This document shows, piece after piece, positions 35,809 to 47,800 of a stretch of 64,000 nt of DNA (positions within the stretch are counted from its first letter, which is position 1; the number at the start of each line of letters is the position of its first letter). Location: NCBI GenBank assembly GCA_002633005.1, contig NMRA01000164.1, positions 558,489-622,488 of the forward strand, given 5' to 3'. Made by a program: the position numbers and the translations under genes. The stretch comes from Phoronis australis. Lineage: Eukaryota; Animalia; Phoronida. A model generated the notes under the pieces. It was not told the DNA's origin, did not search any database, and saw only the letters and a program-made list of their open reading frames with translations.

Positions 35809-38800
35809 ATGTCGAAAACAGAAGTTCGGTCCGGTAAAAGGAAAGCGGTTCCTGATCATTCAAGTGTAGGCCTACTTGCTAGCGAGAAGGTAATGTTCAA
35901 AGTAGTTTACAAGGAAAGTTGTGTGAAATTCAACACTTCATAGAAGTATTGTTTACTGAAAAAATAAAACATCTATCATCAGATCAGGACTGACCAGCCG
36001 CTCTACCACAGCCAGCCAGAGCTAGCTAGCCAGCCAGCCAGCCAGCTAGCCAGCCAGCTAGCCAGCCAACCTGATAGCTAGCCAGCTAGCCATATGAAGA
36101 GTATCCCCAGCTAGGTTCCACTGCATGTCTGTGTGTTCAGCTCCAACAGACCTCAAACTTGGAACACAGCCCGCGTAGTTCTGCTCCTCACCTGTTGAAA
36201 CTTGTATCAACATCTAGTCTGGAACTAAAAAAAGTAAAGACCAGCGGGGGTGCATCATGTGCATGTAAAATCTGGGAGTCAACCGACACTCACCATCCTT
36301 GCCCGTTAACCATTTAAGTGAACAACAATCTAATAAATGTTATTTTCTTGCATAATTCTCTGCCTTTTGTAGCAATAAAAAGTATGTCGTCATCTTAAAT
36401 ACAGTAGGCTACTCTTGTCACGCGCATGCGTCATTTCCTGATTTTTTTGCGACATCTCTTGGGAGATGATGGCAACTTCGCATCATCAAAGAATTTTGTT
36501 CTGAAATTTGGTTTGCTGGTGTTAAAGTACTAAAAATTTGCTATGAAATGAAACCAGTTCCATTAATTTGTTGTGAGATATACACAACCTCATTTGATTG
36601 AATGTTTGGTGTAAAAAGAAACTGGCCATTGGGTGTCACAATATTTCATGGCGCTGAAAGCCAATGCAAAAGATTGCTCCACAACTTTAACAGCAGAATA
36701 ACGGCACAACACCAATTTTTCCAAAACCGCTAAATAATTTAATTTAAAATAGAGGAAGATTGTAGTTTTCAGTGACACTAATTTTTTGTCAGATTTTATT
36801 TGGTTAGTTTTTTACCCACATTGGCGCTAAGCTGTAAATTTAGTATATAGCTTTGCACCAAGGTGGCTTGACACCTAGTTTGATGCTTAAGTATTTAGTG
36901 CCACCTTCTCGATTGGCCCCAGTAGAAACAGTGATGCTCCTATTGTGTAGATGCTTCATATGCCGGAAGCTTTTCGGTGAATTATGCCATCAAAGTAACT
37001 TTTGGCGCATAGAGGGACACCTTAGGAGGCCGTCAGTGTCTTTAATTCCTTCCAACTCTAGCAAGTACTCCCGTAATCAAACTTTCTGTTTGAGCAGTCC
37101 TTCGTTGAGTTACCCAAATTGGCAACTGGCCATTTTTACACTGCGCTTGCAAGGATCCACACACCAGGTGGTGCTGTCCGACACTTAGTGTAAATCTCTG
37201 TCAAGACATTGACTGTGTGCTAAAAATTACACATAACTTTTCAATTCATTCCCGTAAAAATATGATTAACCATTAAATCTCTAAATCAATTCCTGGTTTA
37301 GTGAAGTTTGCAGATGATCGCACACAGCGGTAGCGTGTTTCATTGTCGAATCGTGCCCGATTTTTGCCGAACAATTTTCGACTTCCGTCTGTTTACTTCT
37401 TGTAATTTAAGCACATTTGATGTATGCTGGCTGTTGAGGGTGGCAAATGCACTGATTTCACAAAGTACAAATAGAACATTTGCGAACCAAAGGTATTAAA
37501 TCTAGGAAAACTTTCATTAATTTTAATGTTGGAAGTCATCACAAATTTGAAACCAATTTCGGTGGAATTATTGTATGACTTTGATACTTGTAGTGGTGAC
37601 TTGGGACTTTTTCCAAGCCGCCAAACACAATCTGAGGTCGCATTGGAGACTTGCAGGTCACCAAATCGAGTACTGTGAGACCAATCCGTGCCCTTCACCT
37701 TGGTCATCACTTTTAATATTTGTCCTCTCCAAAAACATACTAGCAATGGCACGGCAAAGCCAAAATGCCCAGCGAAACATTACCTGGTAGGGCTATTAAA
37801 ATATTCATCAAATTTTTAAGTTGGCAACTCAAAGTGCACTCCCAACCAAGTCAACTGTTAGCTGCAAGCCCTCCATCGGGTACTGTGTTTTAGTTTTCCC
37901 AGCCAGCCTTATGGTTCATGTACCAACAATTTTTTTTAGCCATACCTACCCTTGGTGTTGAGTGAATAGCAATTATCTGATTAATATCTGATTATTTAGC
38001 TGACAAGCTGTGCCATATCAAATACACCCAGGGCTTGACATTACCGATTTTATGACTCCCTGGGTCAATGATGTATTCAGTAATTGTATTCTTAATGATT
38101 TGCAGTTGAACAAATTTCTACATTAAAATACAATCTTTTCAGTTAGTGACTTAAGTTGATTTACTTTTAATAACAGTGGAAGCAGCGTTCAAATGAACTT
38201 TTGCGATATTTGATTCATGACTTCTGTGAAAACTTGTCTGCACACAGGTGTCGTAATATCTGCCAAGATGCCAGAAAAACTCTATCTCTGTGTATGGTTT
38301 CTAAACCAAGATGAAACACTACAAACCTTTATAATGCAAGGATTTAAAGAAATCTTGTAAAAACTTAAATTATCTATGAGTAGCTTCAGTTTGGCAGCGG
38401 CCAGTGAGTAATAAGCTAGGACAAGTAAGTTTTTAAATGTCGAGCCCTGACACTAATGAGTTCGGGAAATGTTTTGTAGGGTAAATATGGTAAATAGTGA
38501 GTATCAAAAAATTGCCTTACTGGCCAACTTGCTAAGTAAACAACGTTGGTCATGAATCAAACAGGTCATTAAAAACTACTGTCCCACTCCTCCTTGGGTA
38601 AATTAATTTGGTTATTGGTGCAAACATTGCCATTAGTGTGTGTGTAATTTCGAGGTCTATATGGAATTTACATGCATTGTTCTTTCTAGACCTGTATGTT
38701 GATGATAATGTGCAGTAAGTTACTTGGCTGGCTGCTGAATCTTCCCTTTGTCTAACCTTTCAAAGTTCAGTATCTGTGATACGTTTTTTAGTAAATTACT

Positions 38801-41800
38801 GTTTATTCCTGACACTTCTGTCAACTTATGAATAGTGTGAATTTTGTATCTCAGGTGTGACAGAAATGTTCTCAGAACTCGCCTTATCACCTGTCTTTAT
38901 GTTGATGTGATGTGTCACGTTTAAGAGTTCACCACCAGAGAGTTATGTTATGGACCTAAATGAAAGTATACATTGTATGTTTTGGTTGGGGAAAACTCAT
39001 TCTAAGTGGGTGGTCTGGACAGCTCTTGAAAACCAGCAAGGAAACATTTGGTCCAACTATAACAGAGAGGAACTGGGGTGAGATGAAGTTGGATTTCTTC
39101 TACATTGTGAACAATTTCCTGATCAGAAAGCATCTCCGCACATTTCTCCTAATCTGAGTGTCTGCCCTGGTCTACCTTTGTTACATCTCACTTTCTTGAG
39201 GAAGGCCATAGAAAGACATTGCCCCTGAATCTGATCAGATGTGTTAACATTTTCAGTTTGATGAATTGTTTGTGAATGCGCCACCAGATGGCAGTGATAG
39301 CCTTGACGGAGATTCAACAGACTCGGAAGAGAGCCAGTACTCTGAACTGGAGGAGGAAGAAGATAGTGACAGTGACGATGACGTAGATTCTGTAGAGGTG
39401 AGTTGGGGATAGTAGACTAAAGCCATTTTTGGTTCTTAGCTCATTCACAGTCTGGTGAATATTTTGGCTTAGAACAGACCAGCAAGTAGCTGATTTACTG
39501 AGAACAATGTTGATTGTGGCTCCGTACATGTAGCAAGTCACATCTTATTTCACACAAAGATAATTCTCCTATTGTCATTTTTCCAATTTTCGAAGGCATA
39601 TTATTTCGCTACGAATATTGAACACTTTCCTAAATGTTCCTTTATGACATCTACATAGTACTTCTTGAATCTTTATTTTTTGTGCACAAATTTGACAAAA
39701 CCGGGGTTGGTATCCTTTTAAATGTTCTGCATCAAACCCGATATGTATTGATAGAATTTTCATTGAATACTTGTTTTGTAGGAGGCCAGTTCTTCAGATG
39801 ATGGCAGCGATGATTCAGACAGTGACAAAAAACTGGAAAACAATGACATTGGTCGTAAAGGAAAGAACTCTGTGGGAAAGTTGAAGAAAACGAAGTCAGC
39901 CGATTCTGGCATTGATGCTGGAAGCAGTTTGTCAAAAGCTAGAAATACAGACACTAAAGAGGATGAGTACAAAGATGATTCATCAGATGAGGAGGTGTGA
40001 TGATAAATTAGACAAAACTCTTCTTAAAATGTTGTGTTGTGTAAAGCCATTTCACATTATAAAGTGCTCTGTCTTTTAGTAAGCCATATTATAGAACCAT
40101 TCATAAATTAAGTTCACAAATAACAGGTTAAATTGTAAGATTTGCTATGTAACAGATTTCAATATGGGAAGTTGTGATAATGTTGCGTAATGTATTGCCT
40201 TACATTTTGCTTACTGCTGGTAATAATCATCTGGGAATTTCGTAAACAGCACTGCCCTTGTTGACAGTTCCGTTTTTGTTTCTATTCTTTTCTTGATTAA
40301 ATTTATTGCAAATATCACCTTGCTAGGCTATGACAAAACTTATATCTGCCAAAATGTTTTTTTGCATCCTACGAACGTGATAAGTTCTTCTCAAAATGTC
40401 TTTTAATTTATTTGGTCCTAAAGATTTTGAAAGAATTATGGGCTTTGTATATTCACATGTGAATGTACCACGGTAACCCATTTTCTCTCAGGACATACGG
40501 AATACAGTCGGCAACATCCCGCTGGAATGGTATCGAGACTACAAACACATTGGCTACGACGTGGAAGGCCGACGACTCATCAAACCAGAGAAGCGGGATG
40601 AGCTGGATGCCTTCCTGAACAAGATGGACAACCCCGACTACTGGCGAACGGTGACAGACAAAATGACTGGACAGGACGTGGTGTTGTCTAAGCAGGATAT
40701 AGACACGATTCAGCAATTGAGGAAGGGAAAGTACCCGGTGGACGCGTCATTCAATCCGTATGAGGTCAGTTTTAGTTTGTGTTGTAACAATTTGATGACT
40801 TGTCGCCGACATCAATGCCAAAGTAAAATATTCAATTGAAATCAATTATAAGATACTGAAATAGAACCTGTGTTGTAACTAAGAAAATTCATTGAGTCAT
40901 GATATCTAGTCGAGTTATGAAATTTGTTAAACATGCCCTGAGTCTCTTTTTATCTGTTTCTCTGTCAACATCAAAATGATTGAAACACGCCATGCCTCTG
41001 AATCCATGTAGATTTGCCATACATTTGGGCACACATTATGAACAGAATTATACATCCAATTCCTTGCTTCTTTTCATGCAGGACTATGTTGACTTCTTCA
41101 CTCGTGAGACCATGATACATCCTGTGACCAACAGGCCAGAAGACAAACGCAGCTTCATACCATCCAAGTGGGAAAAGTTAAAGGTACGTAATTTCTGCTA
41201 TTGTTTGACTTGTGAAAAAAGAACAGAAGAAGCTCTTTTGTAGTAATTTTGTGTGGCTGTCTTGTAGTGTTGAATTATTTTCATACTTCTTGATCATACG
41301 TGATTATGGTGAGTTGTAGAATATCTTAAGTAGAAAATTTTATTTGTTTGTCCTTATTAGGATTTCTTCAATTGTAAGGACGTAACAGTATATTGTATGT
41401 GAACTAAATGTGAGTATGTTGCAATCAAATTCCAGAAGCTGGTGTGTGTTTGTTGATCTTAAAATATGATTTTATTTACAAGTAAGTGTCTGAGTTCGAT
41501 GAATTTGTCTTTGAACCTTACTCAATGGTTTTGTGTCACAGATTCTTTCATCTCGTAATTCACTGAACAGACGAGGCACGTGAAACTAAGACTTGACTAT
41601 TCAGTACCATACAAAATGCAGTCTTTCTGGCTGACCCGTCCTGCATCAAAGAATACTTCTATATTGTTGATTTACTGTGACATTTTAGAAAACTTTAACG
41701 TGACACATTCGACAATATAATTGTTTTTTTAAGGTCAGCCCCACAACGGATTGGAACTCACCACCTCAGTGGTTGTAGTCTGATGCCTTGCTTGTAGAGG

Positions 41801-44800
41801 TGATTCCACCCGACTACTAGACGAATATTTTTATGAGTATTTAACCGACCTCGATTTCAGTGAATGACTGGCAGCCAATGATGAGTGTTGGCAACTTAAT
41901 AAAAGCAAAAAACATCGATGAATTTTGCTGTTTCATAGCCCGGATCAAAGCTGATAGCTTCTAGAAGTCTATACTATCCAACAATTTTCCCAAAATGCGT
42001 CTTTTGGTCCTTAAACCCCTTTAAAAGTGCATGCTGACCACTCACTCCCTCCAGTGTATGTTTTATGATGATGATAATCTTAGACGCCACCATGTCAGTC
42101 TGTACTGATAATGAATGGTAATGTATCACCAGGTGGGGCAAATGGTCCATGCCATTAAGATGGGGTGGATGAAGCCGCGTAAGCCCAAGTCGGAAGAAGA
42201 TGAGGAGGAACAGAAGTTCTATGCGCTGTGGGAAGGAGAGGACCAAAGCGAGTTGAGCAGGAGCGTTCGACCACACATGCCGGCTCCCAAGTTACCTTTG
42301 CCCGGGCATGAGGAGTCTTACAACCCGCCGCCAGAGTACCTGATGACTGAGGAAGAGGTAGGACCTGGTGGTGGTTCCGTAGGGTAACAGCATGAAGTCG
42401 ACTGAGCATTTACAGAACATATTGAGTTTGCAAACCACTTATGACTGTGATCCAGTCTGGCGCGGGTAGACATTTTCATATCGCATCAGCTTTTAATAGC
42501 TGATAGTTTATATCCTTGAGCATTTTTGTAAGAAATTCGACCACATCACAACAGTTATAAGTGTACACTATTAATACCCAGTCCAATGTGGTACCACCTT
42601 GTGGTAACATGACTCATTGCCACCATGTCTCCACCTGCCTTTGATTTGCAAGTCTCATTTGTATTGCAAGAATTATAAAATTTTATTTGGAAGTAGATTT
42701 TAATATACCAGTGTTTCAGGCAGCAAGTTGTTTAGGTTCCGGATAGTTTGTTCTAATCTTTGGGGACCTGCTGCAGATTTCCGCATTTAAACTAATATCA
42801 ATTACACTGTAATGATGCGATGATTTTGAAATGTACTGCTTTATTGACAGCAACTGGCCTGGAATGAAGCTGAACCTGAAGATAGGAAGTTGAACTTCAT
42901 ACCACAGAAATATGATTGTTTACGACACGTGCCAGCTTACAAGCGATTCATCAACGAGAGGTTTGAGAGATGCCTGGATCTATACCTCTGCCCGAGGCAA
43001 CAGAAAATGAAGGTTCGTCGCGGAAAGTTGAAGGAACATCTTAGTCATGACATGTCGCTATCAGCATGACTCACAGTTGGCTTAGACTTCTGATTTTTGT
43101 TTTTGTTGACTTTTTGACTTTCAGAACTGCTACTTGCTTGTTTTGTTGAAGCGCATGTGAATATTTCATATTAATGTAAAAAGAAGCAAATTAAAACAGT
43201 TTGGCATTTGTGCCCTTCATGGAAAGTTCTTGACTTGGCTGCATTTGAGGGGATATCTCTGTGACAGCTTTTGTCTATAGAAGGTTCTGTTTAGGCGTTG
43301 AATTAGGCACCATATATTCTATATATTGTGGTATTGTGTTCGTGGTTTTAACTTTTTATACTGACACAGTCTTCTTAACTCTAAACAGAAACACTTTATG
43401 AATGTTGATTAAACTTAATCTTGTCTTTCTTCGTTACTTTGCTTTAGGCATATACTTTGCTAATCTGTCACTTTTCAGATGAATGTTAACCCAGAGGATC
43501 TACTTCCCAAACTACCAAAACCACGTGATCTTCAGCCATTCCCAACTACAGAAGCTATTGTAAGTCCAGTCACTCTAGAGTCTAGTAGTCACGTATTGTC
43601 TTACTCATCTTTCGAATTATGGTTGATAATTATAAGATATAAATTCCGACTACTGGATAGTAAAACAACTTTTTAATGCTATGTCCATGTAATTTTTTTG
43701 TTCACTTAACATTTTACTGTGATCATCAAGAAAATGAACATTTTTGTTGGTTGAAAATTAAAAACTCGATAAGTTAAGAAATGTGACCCTTGGTACCCAG
43801 GGATTGCTGTTGTCTTGAAGCAACTCTTGTTCCAAATTTTATGATAAATGATTTGAAAACCACTTTAATCATTCGTCCAATTTCCCCATTCAGGTAGGAA
43901 GGCGAACCTGCTTCATTACGTGAATGAATTTTGGCAATAAAACGCGTTGCATTTGTGACATTGCCAGGAGTGTTAGTAGTGGATGTTATTTCTGAGTGCT
44001 ATGTGCTAGTGTCAAGGCTTGGAATTTTCCGCGGAAACGCGGATTTCCACTTTTTTCAAATGTTCTGTCCGCGTATTTTATTATATTTCAGCATAAAAAA
44101 AAAATCAGATTTGATATAAAATTTCGGCGGCAAATTTCTTTCTTTCAAAAAGCGGAAGTTGCTCTTTATGTTTCGGAGAAACGTAAATTGTCAACATTGC
44201 CGTGACATCTGGGATAGCGTGGTGAATTTTTCAATGGCGTCTCGTGTGATTGTAAACCGCGGTGACAAATACTTTGACTCTGCAGCCAAAAATGTGTGGA
44301 GGTGTGAGTGGATGGACGAGCTAAAAAGAAGCAGACGCACGGTTCTGGAGGTGATGCTGTTTATTTTTTTTTTTAGTCCTCCCGATTTTTGTCGAGAAAA
44401 GGTCCACATCGACTATTTGAAGGCTGGGAGGCACGCATGTTTTGGGCCGTCATTAGTTTCCGCTTTTTTTGTCATTGGTCATTCCAAGCCCTGTAGTGTA
44501 GACATGTTTGTTTATGGTTTATGTAGGTGAATATGTGGGCAGGTTGCCTGTTATGATTTTTCATCTGTGATAATGACATCTAACATAAAGGAACCTAAAA
44601 GTCAATTGCAAACTTGACTTATCAGATGACAAAAATGAAGAATGGTGATGAATTATTGTAACACCAATTTCTGGTTTCATGAATGGCTAAATTTTGGCTA
44701 ATTTTTGTTTTCGAGAAATTTGATGAAGTGTCATTTTATGTCTAAATGCTTGTCTAATTGTTCACACATCGTGCTCCTTTCCTTCTTTCCTGGGAGTGAA

Positions 44801-47800
44801 TGTAGAATTCGACAGTGCTTAGTGATAGAAAGGTATTTTTTTTTCTTACCAGGTATACAAAGGTCACAAAGGACTCGTGCGCACTGTCAGTCCCGATCCT
44901 ACCGGACAGTGGCTGGTGTCAGGTAAACAGGAATTACTGAAAGGGGACATTTGTCGAGATACTCTTTAGGGTATTGAGAGCATAAAACCATCCTTTGTTT
45001 GACGCAATTTCTTAGTCTGGTGTGCTTGATGGGCAGAGTTGACATGGACAAAATGGATTTTTTTTAATTCGAGGACATTTTGAAAGGTTATTTTGTGTAA
45101 CTGGTTTGCATGTCCCACCACCTAACAGCCCGTGGCATTTGTGAAGAATTCATAAAAAGTGCTCATAAACCCACTGATACAGTACTTAGTAGGAACTTCA
45201 CAGTTCGTTTTTTTGTCTTTTTCACTCATTGAAAGATTGTTTTTCATCAAGTCAATTTACATTAGGCACTTCCTGAAATACCACAGTGCCTTTTCTGATT
45301 TGTATGGACCCACAATGCTGTATATCCGTGGGACACTAGCCTCACAGCTGTACACAGGGAGTTGCAATGCAGATAAGAAAAACGGGAAAAGCTGAGTGAG
45401 GTGTGAAAAATGTTTCTTCACTTGCGTAACTCAGTGGTGTGTTAGCCACCCTACATTTCAAAAACTAGATCAATCATTAATGGAATTGGTTTAGCTCCGT
45501 TAGACAAAAAAGCTGATTTTGGGATGTGGGGATTTTGTATTTGTGATAAGAAAATCTTTAAGAGTGAAAATTTGTAAAGCATTTAACTTCGGAGATTTGC
45601 GTTATGCTTTGAAGGTTCGGATGACTGCACGCTGAAGTTCTGGGAAGTCTCTACAGGTCGCTGTATGAAATCTTTAACGCTTGACAAACCTGTAAAGTGT
45701 GTATCATGGAACCCAAACCCATCGCTGTCATTGCTTTTAGTTGTTGTGTAAGTGTTTATTAAGTTTTAATTTTTTATCAAACTCATGTTGACATGTTAAA
45801 ATCTGCATTTCTTATGCCTGTGTTGCCAACAATTATTGTTAAGCCTTGTAATTCTTTAATTAAACCCGTGTTGGCGCATCAGCATTTTGTATGCCTGTGT
45901 TGCCAGCAGTAAATTTTTTAAGCCTCTTAAAACTTTACCAAAACCCGTGTCAACACTTTAAAAGATACATTTCTTATGCCTGTGTTGCAACACTTAATTT
46001 TTAAGCCTCCTTTTATCAGTCTTTAGTTTGTCAAGTCTCGATACGAAATGAGATCTTGTTAGTCATTGTTGATATTAATTTACACAGTTCGCAGCATGAG
46101 AATTTTGGTCATGTTGTGCAGACCATTTGCCATTATAAGACTGTCTTAGCTTTATCCTTAGAGAATAGATTAATATCTTGGATTGGGAAGAACCAGTCGT
46201 TCATATTTCTTGAGGCAATACCCAGCTTATAAAATGACCCACCAGGTCAAGCCAACATTTTGGCGTGGTCTCGGGCAACAATGGATTGTCAATTTTTAAA
46301 GAAATCACTCGTAATCTAAATCAGGAACAATTTGACAATGGTAAAGAGGTCTAAGTCAAAACAATTGTTGTGATGCTAGGAGAAGTTTATGATGGTTTGA
46401 AGTAATGTAATCCATATTTTTCTTATTACAGTTCTGACTCCGTTCTAGTCATCAATACACAGTTGGGAGATAAGTTGAATTTGTCCAACACAGACGACTT
46501 GATTGACTCTTACGACACCACTACGGCAGGTAATAGCAACTATAGGAGTCTTTTGTTATATGGAAAGATGAATTAAAAACTTCTATCTGGAACTCTCATT
46601 TAAACTGATATCAGTGGTATATCCTTCGAGCTCGCTCCCCACCTGCTCACTGAAAATGTATGGTACATACCAAAAATAATTGGAAAAATTGTCGCAGAAT
46701 GCTTCGTCATGACAGAATGCCTCGTCATGACAGCTGGGTGCAATCGGAATTCAGCATCAGAGTAGTTAGAATGACGTGTTGTAACTCGTTGACTTGTTAT
46801 GATGGGGAAACGGCATTTTGTTTGATTAATGAGCATGTACTGTATGTTTCGTCTGCAGGTGAAGGAATGATTTCCCATAAACCACTGTATACTGTCAGGT
46901 TCCTCAATCACCAAAAGGGAAAGGTGCCTGTGATTTCTGAGAGGATTTTTTTGGTGTGAGGGGAAAATTCTACCCCCCAATCTCCATCAAAAGCATCCCC
47001 CACCCCTGTTGCAAGCCCTCATAGGCTCTGCATCAAGTATTCAAAACGGCTTTTTGTGCTCCTTTAAATTGTCACCTGTATGAGCTTCAAGTAATTCAAA
47101 CCCCGAGGCAATTTTTTCTATCAATGGAGGGAATTTTTGGGCCTCGATGGGGGGAATTTCGCATGATTTTTCAATATTTTTCAGAGGGGAAGGAGGCTGA
47201 TGTTAAGTCTCAAAATCAAGGGATTGGGTGGCCAGACGATGTTTCTCTCTCTGTTAAAAAGTCACTGGCAGCTGCTATCAGTCAAGATAATGATGACCTT
47301 TAAATGGAATCACTCGTGTAGAACTTATTCATTATTTAAAACGCTAATATACCCAGATGTCTCTGTGGTTAATATTTTCATTTTTGTGAGTGTAGTATGC
47401 TACACAAAACACGCGCACTCCATGTATTTACATGTACATATCATCCGTGGTATATCAAGTCTAATGTTGACTTCTACAGAACAAGACAAAGATAATCGGA
47501 CAAAATATCAGTTCCCGTCATGGTGGCAAATTCTGTGAACAGCAACAGTTACTGATCATAATTATTGGGGTGGCAGAATTCTAAATATAAAATGCCATAG
47601 CTACCTTACTAACTTTCCTGTTAATTCACCTCATTCTCGGTCATGAGAGAAGACTGCTCTGACGTTGAGTTCTGCTTCTGCCTAGTCGAGGTGGAAACTG
47701 ACAAGTCTGCATTGAAGGTTGGGATGCAGTCCTGGAAATTTGGGGGCATATACTGATTCCTTCTGAAGCTTTGGTGTTGTTGGAACGTTGATTTTCCTTT

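Noticed and set aside
37380-37500. Alternative first coding exon of BOP1
   Set aside because: The frame needed to join exon 39257 contains TAG; 35809-35889 gives an open, phase-0 exon with an E-box upstream.
41878-41954. Intronic C/D box snoRNA in BOP1 (ATGATGA...CTGA)
   Set aside because: Terminal stem is weak and I could not identify an rRNA-complementary guide; a similar weak candidate near 53704-53760 was also dropped. An Infernal/snoscan run would settle it.
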